From positions 18,872 through 82,871 of the forward strand of contig CAZFQL010000010.1 in NCBI GenBank assembly GCA_964520905.1: a stretch of 64,000 nt of DNA, written 5' to 3'. Below are positions 1 to 8,600 of the stretch, one piece after another. The notes under the pieces were generated by a model, which was given only the letters and a program-made list of their open reading frames with translations, had not been told where the DNA came from and did no database searches. A program made the position numbers and the translations under genes. The stretch's first letter is position 1; every line of letters begins with the position of its first letter. Source of the DNA: an uncultured Chlorobiaceae bacterium. Lineage in GTDB: Bacteria > Bacteroidota > Ignavibacteria > UBA10030 > SZUA-254.

Positions 1-456
1 GGTGGTTTGGCTAAAGTCATGCCTATCTTCTCAACATTTTTTATGATTGTGTCTCTCTCATCAATCGGATTACCCGGACTGAACGGATTCGTTGGAGAGT
101 TTCTAATTCTGATTGGTTCTTTCCAATCGCCATTTCTGAATCAATGGTTCACAATCTTTGCAGCAACCGGAGTGATATTCGCTGCGGTTTATCTTTTGTG
201 GATGTACCAGCGAGTTATATTTGGAAAAGTTACTAACCCGCTCAACCAGAATCTTCTCGATCTCTCTAAGCGTGAAATTGCCGTACTCGTTCCTGTGTTG
301 GTATTCATTGTTTGGATTGGAATCTATCCGAACACGTTTCTAAAGCAATCCGCATCGACAACAAAACAAATCGTTTCAATAGTTACACAAAAACCGCTCC
401 CTCGATTAGCCACAACTGAGCAATCGGTGAAGCCGGAAAACATGCAAGGGAAATGA
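1..456 (+). CDS. nuoM: NADH-quinone oxidoreductase subunit M, C-terminal part (5-prime end outside window)
   Basis: Frame 1 is open from base 1. Translation GGLAKVMPIFSTFFMIVSLSSIGLPGLNGFVGEFLILIGSF matches the conserved C-terminal helices of NuoM/ND4-type subunits. nuoN is present downstream. Confidence 0.85.
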   Translation, partial: GGLAKVMPIFSTFFMIVSLSSIGLPGLNGFVGEFLILIGSFQSPFLNQWFTIFAATGVIFAAVYLLWMYQRVIFGKVTNPLNQNLLDLSKREIAVLVPVLVFIVWIGIYPNTFLKQSASTTKQIVSIVTQKPLPRLATTEQSVKPENMQGK

Positions 457-1958
457 CACCTCGCAATCTGATACGTTTTCTTTTTCTTCTGATCCTTTTT
501 CTTTTGGGAACATTATCCGCCATCGCCAATGAGGGATACGAAGTAGTGCCGGTAAATCCTTGGATGATCTTGCCGTTTGTTCTGTTATTACTTTCAATCG
601 CGATTATACCGTTTATTAACCGTCATTGGTGGGAAAGGTACTATCCGCATGTTTCTATCGGTTTAGGGGCATTAGCGGTCGTTTATTACCTGTTTTTCCT
701 GCAGAATTCAACTCGAATGCTGTATACCGGCATAGAATATCTCAGCTTTATCATTCTCATCGGCTCTCTGTTTGTTGTGTCCGGAGGGATACATATCCGC
801 ATCAAAGGTAAATCGACGCCGATTGCAAACGTAATTCTGCTTGGCATCGGAGCTATTGTTTCGAACCTACTCGGGACTACCGGCGCATCGATGATTTTGA
901 TTCGACCCTATCTGCGTGTCAACAAGTACCGGCTCAGGCCGTTTCATGTTGTGTTTTTCATTTTCATAGTCAGCAACATGGGTGGCGCTCTCACACCTAT
1001 CGGAGATCCGCCGCTCTTCCTCGGATATCTGAAAGGAGTTCCGTTCTTCTGGGTTTTATTTTCGCTCTGGCATGTGTGGGCTTTAGCAATAGCGATTATT
1101 CTTCTGATCTTTTTTATTTTCGATTCGATCAGCTTCCGTAAATATTGGGAACGCGTGAAGCATATCGATGAATCAGAGTTCGATGAGGAGGCAGAAGTTA
1201 GTGGACTGCACAACATTATCTTTTTATTGATTATTCTTGTTGCGGTCTTCATCCAGAAACCGATGTTCCTCAGAGAATTTATGATGATCATCGCCGCTGT
1301 CGGTTCTTACAAGATGACGAAGAAAGAGATTCACAAAAAGAATGATTTCAATTTCATTCCAATTAAGGAAGTAGCGGTTTTGTTCTTAGGAATATTTGCC
1401 ACCATGGTTCCGGCGCTCGATTGGTTAGAGCTGAATGCTGCGAAAATTGGTATAACATCAGTAGGGCAATTTTATTGGGGGACTGGAATACTTTCCAGCG
1501 TGCTGGATAATGCACCGACCTATTTGAATTTCCTGAGCGCTTCGATCGGACTTTTTGTCGATCAGGAAATTGTTAATCAGGTTTATCATTTAGTTACAAC
1601 GAGAGGCGCCGATATTGCGAATATAACCGGAGCGCACGCAGAAGAAATTCGAAATACATTCGGTGTTTTGATGAAATATCATGCCGATCTTATCGCGGCG
1701 GGCAATGTACCGCTTTCGGATATTCAAATATCGTATCTCATCGGCAATCATGATATTTATCTTAAAGCAATCTCGATTGCGGCTGTCTTTTTCGGTGCTG
1801 TAACATATATTGGCAACGGACCGAACTTTATGGTAAAATCTATTGCGGAACAATCGGGTGCAAAAGTTCCAAGTTTCGGCGAGTACCTCATTCGTTATTC
1901 TCTCCCAATTCTAATACCGATCTTTATTCTCGTTTGGTTGTTGTTCTTTACAGGATAA
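453..1958 (+). CDS. ArsB/NhaD-superfamily ion transporter (sodium:proton antiporter-like / citrate-transporter-like permease)
   Basis: 501-aa polytopic membrane protein. The motif GGALTPIGDPPLFLGYLKGVPFFW is typical of this permease family. The ATG overlaps the nuoM stop (ATGA at 453-456). Confidence 0.7.
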   Translation: MTPRNLIRFLFLLILFLLGTLSAIANEGYEVVPVNPWMILPFVLLLLSIAIIPFINRHWWERYYPHVSIGLGALAVVYYLFFLQNSTRMLYTGIEYLSFIILIGSLFVVSGGIHIRIKGKSTPIANVILLGIGAIVSNLLGTTGASMILIRPYLRVNKYRLRPFHVVFFIFIVSNMGGALTPIGDPPLFLGYLKGVPFFWVLFSLWHVWALAIAIILLIFFIFDSISFRKYWERVKHIDESEFDEEAEVSGLHNIIFLLIILVAVFIQKPMFLREFMMIIAAVGSYKMTKKEIHKKNDFNFIPIKEVAVLFLGIFATMVPALDWLELNAAKIGITSVGQFYWGTGILSSVLDNAPTYLNFLSASIGLFVDQEIVNQVYHLVTTRGADIANITGAHAEEIRNTFGVLMKYHADLIAAGNVPLSDIQISYLIGNHDIYLKAISIAAVFFGAVTYIGNGPNFMVKSIAEQSGAKVPSFGEYLIRYSLPILIPIFILVWLLFFTG

Positions 1959-2185
1959 TCCCGATCCTCTAACCGTGAGTTGTCCACACTCCTAGTTCTA
2001 ATCCTTTGGAATGATTAAGAAATAATATTATTTCTATCTCGTTTCTATTTTAACGTCTATTCAGTCGCCATATAAATTTTCCCTTATGATTCATTAAGCC
2101 GCTATTCCGTTTGATTTATTGATTCTTATCGTATATCTGTTTATTATTAAAAGGAAAAGGATTAATCTAATAGTGGTAGAATAAC

Positions 2186-2386
2186 ATGCAGAGAATTCTA
2201 ATTTACATCAGCGGTATCTTAATTATTTTCACATCGATTTCGTGCGCCCAAAAAAAGAATAATGATCTGGGTCGATACCTCCAATATAATACCGTTGAGA
2301 GCAAAGCCCTTAAAGGAAATCTGATAGGCGATCCATATATTCGTCAAATGACGATTTTACTTCCACCATCGTATTTCAGATGGTGA
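2186..2386 (+). pseudogene. 5-prime fragment of a lipoprotein-type esterase (putative-esterase / alpha-beta hydrolase family); only 66 codons remain
   Basis: Signal peptide plus lipobox-like SISC, then SKALKGNLIGDPYIRQMTILLPPSY. This resembles the N-terminal region of putative-esterase family proteins. The ORF stops long before any catalytic domain. Confidence 0.4.
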
Positions 2387-2408
2387 ATTGAAAAAGGGGA
2401 TTTAATTT

Positions 2409-3869
2409 ATGCTCTCGCTTGAATTAATTCTGCTGACCGGATCATTCCTGATTCTCTTAAGCATCGGTATCGCCCGATTAACCGACAACCTTGGGGTTCC
2501 AACATTATTACTTTTTCTTGGCATCGGAATTTTAGCAGGGGCGGAGGGACCGGGAGGGATCCATTTTAATGATATAAGTTTCGCTCGTTCGTTGGGAATT
2601 GTTTCTTTGATCCTGATACTTTTTGCCGGTGGTTTAGATACACGATGGTCATCAGTTCGTACCGTTGTTTTTCAGGCAATTAGCTTATCGACATTAGGAG
2701 TTCTTATAACAGCGGGTGCTGTTGGTATTTTTGTCTCTTACTTTTTTAACTTTTCTATACTCGAGGGTTTACTACTCGGTGCGGTTGTTTCTTCAACAGA
2801 TGCCGCTGCAGTTTTCTCTGTATTGCGTTCGAGAAATGTGAGTCTGAGCGGTCAATTAAAACCGTTGCTCGAGCTTGAATCAGGCAGTAACGATCCAATG
2901 GCAGTATTTCTTACTATTGGCATCATTCAAATTCTTATTAACCCGTTTACTACGTGGACCGATATAATCGTTTTGTTCATCGTCCAGATGGGAATTGGCG
3001 CTTTGGGTGGTTTAGTGTTTGGAAAGTTAATCGTTTTCTTGCTGAATCATTTAAAAATATATTATGAAGGAGTCTATCCGGTATTCACGCTTGCATTTGC
3101 AATTCTCGTCTATTCGATAATATCAATCATCGGTGGAAGTGGATTTCTTGCTGTTTATCTTGCAGGAATTTTGTTAGGGAATTCCGAAGTTGTTCATAAA
3201 AAGAATATGTTTCGTTTCTTTGATGGAATGGCATGGCTTAGCCAAATAGGAATGTTTCTAACGTTAGGATTATTGATCTATCCATCTCATATTCTTCCCG
3301 TTTTAGGAATCGGTTTAACTACATCATTGTTTTTAATGTTTGTAGCTCGGCCCATCAGTGTGTTTGTTTCACTTATCAGTAAGAAATTTCACTGGCGTGA
3401 AAAGGCGATGGTCTCATGGGTGGGACTGCGAGGTGCTGTGCCAATTATACTTGCTACATTTCCATTGTTAGCTAATCTTCCAAACTCGGAAATGATGTTT
3501 AACATCGTATTTTTTATTGTTCTCACCTCAGCGTTGTTTCAGGGGTGGTCAATTCCAATTGTGGCAAGATTGCTTAAAGTTGACGCACCCTGGCAGCATA
3601 AGAGGAAGTACCCGATAGAGTTCGAGCCGCCTCGCGGTGTCGATACTGAGTTGATTGATTTCATCGTTCCGTATAATGCTGATATGATCGGGAAATCGAT
3701 CGTCGAGTTAGGATTGCCTGATGATAGTTTGATTGTTTTGATAAGTCGTAACGATGAATATATTGTACCGAGCGGTGGAACTTCATTAGAAGCCGGAGAT
3801 ACTTTACTGATACTTGTGAACAAACAAAATATGCCGCGTGTGCGTGAAATATTTTCTGAACAAAAATAA
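2409..3869 (+). CDS. nhaP2: K+/H+ (cation/proton) antiporter, NhaP2/CvrA family, with C-terminal TrkA-C (RCK_C) domain
   Basis: 486 aa. N-terminal Na_H_exchanger helices (GVPTLLLFLGIGILAG, ESGSNDPMAVFLT). Soluble C-terminal domain (SIVELGLPDDSLIVLISRNDEYIVPSGGTSLEAGDTLLIL) is typical of TrkA-C. Confidence 0.85.
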   Translation: MLSLELILLTGSFLILLSIGIARLTDNLGVPTLLLFLGIGILAGAEGPGGIHFNDISFARSLGIVSLILILFAGGLDTRWSSVRTVVFQAISLSTLGVLITAGAVGIFVSYFFNFSILEGLLLGAVVSSTDAAAVFSVLRSRNVSLSGQLKPLLELESGSNDPMAVFLTIGIIQILINPFTTWTDIIVLFIVQMGIGALGGLVFGKLIVFLLNHLKIYYEGVYPVFTLAFAILVYSIISIIGGSGFLAVYLAGILLGNSEVVHKKNMFRFFDGMAWLSQIGMFLTLGLLIYPSHILPVLGIGLTTSLFLMFVARPISVFVSLISKKFHWREKAMVSWVGLRGAVPIILATFPLLANLPNSEMMFNIVFFIVLTSALFQGWSIPIVARLLKVDAPWQHKRKYPIEFEPPRGVDTELIDFIVPYNADMIGKSIVELGLPDDSLIVLISRNDEYIVPSGGTSLEAGDTLLILVNKQNMPRVREIFSEQK

Positions 3870-3896
3870 TTAAGCAGGAGATTATCTGAAGTCACG

Positions 3897-3921
3897 AACA
3901 CAATTCAGTGTGTGTTGTTTT
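3897..3921 (+). terminator. Putative intrinsic terminator between convergent nhaP2 and usp
   Basis: AACACA / TGTGTT stem followed by GTTTTG. It lies in the 88-nt gap between convergent genes. Confidence 0.4.
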
Positions 3922-3957
3922 GATATAGTTGGATAACTATTTCCTGCTATTAGAATA

Positions 3958-4860
3958 TTATTTTTTGATATATTCACCGAAACGATTTTGGAAAACAGCT
4001 TTGTGAATGGGATGGGTAATGGTTAGTACCGGAATGCTTACTCTGCGTACAACCTCTTCGGTAGTATTTCCGATTTGTACTCTTCGCATTCCGCGCGCGC
4101 CATGCGTTCCCATAACAATCAAATCTGCCTCATATTCTTGTGCCAATCGAACTATGGCATTTTCCGGTTCAATATCTTTATCAACAAACTTCTCTGTGTT
4201 TACCTCAGATGCTCGTTCGTGGTATATCTGCAAATCCGGGAATTTATCAATGAGACGTTCCGGATGATCAAGAGAGATGTCGGCAACATGCAGCAACAAT
4301 AGTTTGGCAGAGTAGTAACGTGCGATTGATATTGCATACGGAAGAGCATAGTTACCATATTCAGAAAAATCTGTCGGGCACAAAACGGTTTTAATTTGTG
4401 GAACAAAAGTATCATTTTGCGGACCGATAGTGAAAATTGGAGTTCGTATAAGTCGAACGATGCGTTCCGCAGTTCTTCCGATAAGATGTGGTGATGAGCG
4501 CCCCAGTCCAAGAGTTGAAAGCGCAACTGCTGAATATCCGGTTGTTTCGGCTTCATTAATAATTTCTCTGTATGGCGTTCCATAGCGTATTAGAACATTA
4601 GTACGTTCCTTGTCTAAGTTAAGAGTTTGTATAATTTCTGAGAATTTTTGTTGAGCCAACTCCTCAATTACTTTATGGTGTTCTGAACGTTGATGCTCGC
4701 TTTGCATAAAATATCCCGGAGCTGTTGTAAAATATTCATCAACATAAAGTAATGTAATTGTTCCCTTTAAACGTTCAACAGCAAACATGGCAAAGCGAAT
4801 AGCATCAAGTGAGCTGGCAGAAAAATCTGTCGGACATAGTATTCTTTCAAGTTTATACAT
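3958..4860 (-). CDS. Universal stress protein with tandem UspA domains
   Basis: 300 aa with two Usp halves. Each starts with ILCPTDFS / VLCPTDFS and ends with a G-x2-G-x9-G-S/T-like ATP-binding segment (MGTHGARGMRRVQIGNTTEEV). Confidence 0.85.
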   Translation of the reverse strand: MYKLERILCPTDFSASSLDAIRFAMFAVERLKGTITLLYVDEYFTTAPGYFMQSEHQRSEHHKVIEELAQQKFSEIIQTLNLDKERTNVLIRYGTPYREIINEAETTGYSAVALSTLGLGRSSPHLIGRTAERIVRLIRTPIFTIGPQNDTFVPQIKTVLCPTDFSEYGNYALPYAISIARYYSAKLLLLHVADISLDHPERLIDKFPDLQIYHERASEVNTEKFVDKDIEPENAIVRLAQEYEADLIVMGTHGARGMRRVQIGNTTEEVVRRVSIPVLTITHPIHKAVFQNRFGEYIKK

Positions 4861-5005
4861 TCTATCCTTTATTCCGCTTGTTCAATATCGTGATTCTTTT
4901 ACTGATAATTGATCTTAAATAAAGATACAATATTTTTCAGAAACATTTACTAACTATTCATTGCTCATCATTACATATTATGTAGTGCATCTTATCTCAA
5001 AGTAT

Positions 5006-5290
5006 AGCTCTGATATTGCAATCATTACAGGTATCCAGAATAACGAATTTCTTAACAGATTCCACGTGTTGATGAAGAATGACACTAATTTTGTTGCGAA
5101 GGGAAATGTACCGGTGTCCGATATTCAGGTGTGCTATCTCATCGTCAGCAGACCGAACTTTATGGTAAAATCGATTGCTGAACAAACAGGTGCAAAGTGC
5201 CTGAGCTTTGCCGATTACATTTTCCGATATTCACTTCAAATATTGATACCGGTTTTTATTTTCGTGTGGTTGTTGTTCTTTAAGGGATGA
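5006..5290 (+). pseudogene. Decayed 3-prime remnant of a paralog of the 453-1958 transporter
   Basis: SSDIAIITGIQNNEF...GNVPVSDIQVCYLI...PNFMVKSIAEQTGAK...YSLQILIPVFIFVWLLFFKG aligns with the last ~115 residues of ORF 453-1958. There is a ~24-residue internal deletion (one TM helix) and no N-terminal 380 residues. Confidence 0.8.
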
Positions 5291-5412
5291 ACTGTCTGAA
5301 TGGGTCTCCCATTTATTCTGGAACCGGATTCCCCGTTATCGTAATACAAAAAAAATATTTTAAGTTGGAAATAACTTTTTTATAATGTATTTTTAAATAG
5401 CTTAGGCAGCAA

Positions 5413-5490
5413 TAAAAAAAACCTGTCTCCGGGATCCCACGTGATTCGCTGGCCCTCCCACGGCAATCACAACCCGGGGATAGGTTTTTT
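5413..5490. other. Long imperfect GC-rich hairpin flanked by A8 and T6 (bidirectional-terminator-like or small structured RNA)
   Basis: ACCTGTCTCCGGG (5421-5433) pairs with CCCGGGGATAGGT (5473-5485), including G-U pairs. Inner stem is GTGATT (5441-5446) / AATCAC (5465-5470). Flanks are an A-run and a T-run. Confidence 0.5.
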
Positions 5491-5603
5491 GTTTACTATT
5501 TTTACTTGATTGGTTCGATATAGATTTGTAAATTGAACGACATGAAATGAGATTTCAGATTTCGGTAAAAATAATAAATCCTAAAAACTAAATCATTGAT
5601 AAA

Positions 5604-8600
5604 ATGGAAAATTCTCTTGTCCATATTCGTCAGCTTGTGAACGATTTTCGTGAACACGAGAAAGCGTATCTTGCTCCTTCATATCAGGAGTCGCAGGTGC
5701 GGCAGGATTTCATAGATAAGTTTTTCACTGTGCTTGGGTGGGATGTAAGCCACCAGCGGCAGAAGAATCCGTACGAGCAGGAGGTGAAGATCGAGAACCG
5801 CATGCGGACTGAAGGAACACAGCGCCGCGCCGATTATGCATTCTTCATCGCACCGAACTACCGCGACGTAAAGTTCTTCGTTGAAGCAAAGAAACCTGCA
5901 CACGACCTTGCCAATCCGAATTATTATTACCAAACCGTACGATACGGATGGAATAAAACAACACCTATTGCCATACTCACCGACTTCGAGGAATTTCACA
6001 TCCTCGATTGCCGTTTTAAGCCGAACATAAAAACAGTGCTCGACCACAAGATTAAATCGTTCCACTACTCGCAATACACAGATGAGGAAATATTTAAAAA
6101 GATTTTTTATCTCTTCGGTAGGGATGCTGTTGCAGGCGGATCGCTGGAAAAGTTTGCCGAAACACTTTCAAAGCCGCGCGGCAAAGGTGCGAAGAAAGGA
6201 ATCGTTCGGGGAAGATACCAGCAGGTCGATGAAGCATTTTTGGAATTGCTCGATGGTTACCGCGATACACTTGCGCATGCGTTCAAGAATAAAAACCCGC
6301 ACCTCGACGGTGAAGCCCTAACCGAAGCGGTACAACGCACGCTCGACCGGCTTGTCTTCATACGCTTCCTCGAAGATAAAGGGATTGAAGAACCGGTGAT
6401 AATCAACCTCGTCGAGAAACAGTTGGCGTGGGGTTCATTTATTACATTGTGCCGAAGCATGGAGCCGAAGTATAACGGGCTTGTTTTCAAGCCGCACCCG
6501 GTAATAGATAGCCCAACATTTATAGCTCCCGATGATAAAATGTTCGGTGAAATATGCGGAGATATTTCCGATCCAACATCGCCGTACGACTTTAACACAA
6601 TTCCTATCTCCATTCTCGGCAGTATTTACGAGCGTTTCCTCGGTAAGATTGTAACTACAACCGACAAGCGTGCGAAAGTTATTGAGAAACCGGAGGTGCG
6701 CAAAGCAGGCGGTGTGTATTACACGCCTGAGTATATTGTGCGGTACATTGTAAGTGAGACGGTGGGGAAGTTGCTGTATGATGAGCTACAACAAGAAACA
6801 ACCCGTCATGCTGAACTTGTTTCAGCATCTGTTCCCGGCTTGGTTCAGATTCCGAAACAAGTTCGGAATGACGCTCTGTTCAAACTCACACCCGCCGAGG
6901 TGGCGAAGCTGAAGATCATTGACATTGCCTGTGGCTCCGGATCGTTCCTGCTCGAAGTGTACAGCCAGCTTCTCGATTACCACACGCGGTATTATAACGA
7001 GTTTCCGGAGAAGGCGAAAAAAGGCGACACGGAAACGCGCGAGGGGAAGATAGTTCTCTCGCACAAGAAGCGGCAGGAGATTTTGGTGAACAACATTTAC
7101 GGTGTTGACATAGATTTTCAGGCAACGGAGGTAACACAGCTTTCGCTTTACCTGAAGCTGATGGAAGACGTAACGATGAACGACGCCTACCAGTTCAGCT
7201 TGCTGAAAGAGAGGATGCTTCCCGACTTGCGGCGCAACATTGTGTGCGGCAACTCGCTTATCGGTCGTGATATTTTGGACGGCAAACTATTCGACGATGA
7301 AACCGAGCGCACGCTGAAGCCGATGAACTTCGAGGATGTATTTCCACACATATTTTCCCCTCTTGAGAGGGGACAAAGGGGTGTGTCGGATTGCGGACCT
7401 GTCCGCCAAAGTTCCGAAAGCATTCGAGACGAAGGCGGGTTCGATGTTGTTGTAGGGAATCCGCCGTATGGGGCGAATTTTGATTCGCTCGCAATGACCT
7501 TTCTCGAAAAAAGATTCAAGACTTATGTTGGGCGCGGAGAAAGCTATTTGTTGTTTGTTGAACGAGCTCTGAAACTATTGAAACACGATGGCTATTTTGG
7601 CTACATAATTCCCGACACATACTTGAACCTTGGCTTTACCAAAGCTCTTCGGGATTTACTTCTTCAAAATGCAAAAATCCGTGAGGTTGTCCGGTTACCT
7701 TCGACAGTGTTCTCTGGAGCCGTTGTCGACACAACTATTTTGACTTTTCAAAAAGCTCGTCCGACTAAAGATTATCATCCCGTGGATGTCCAAGTCAGGC
7801 TCTTTAATAGGAAATCAAAGATTACTGCCGTTAGCAATGCTATGCGTGAGTTTAGCATCCATTCAGGACTCTGGTTCCAACAGGATTCTTTTAATCTAGA
7901 GAGTAGTGAAACTGAAAACAGGATTTCAGAGAAAATCCAAAATGCTAATCCTGTCGTAGCAGACTACGCCGACATGTTTTCAGGTATCAAGGCTTACGAA
8001 GTTGGCAAAGGGGATCCGTCTCAAAACGAAAAAGTTCGAGATAATAAACCGTTTACATCTGAGAAGAAAAAGGACAACGCGTGGTCGCCTCTCTTCGATG
8101 GAAAACACATCGGACGCTACGAATTGTTGTGGCGGGAGGACAACTGGGTTCATTATGGCAAATGGTTAGCGGCACCGCGAGAAGAGGAAAACTTTATCGG
8201 AAAGAAGCTGCTCATTCGGAAAATTGTTGGTAAGACCCTGCTGGCAATGTATGTTCCTTACACCTCATATTGTAATACGCTCCTCTTCATTCTGAAGACA
8301 AAACCGGGATGCTTGTTTCGCTACGAATGCTTACTAGGGATTCTCAACTCAACATTAATCGGCTGGTACTTCCGAAAAAAGTTTCAGATCAGCGATGAAG
8401 ATTTGTTTCCGCAAATAATGATTCGCGATATCTTGAAGTTTCCAATTCCATCTGTGGACAAAGCCCGTCACGATTACATCGTATCACTCGTCGAGCAGAT
8501 GCTTGCCGCAAAAGCCAAGCACGCCGCCACAACAACCGAGTCGGAGAAGAACCGCCTCGATATCCAGATCGAAGCCCTCGACCGGCAGATAGATGAAGCA

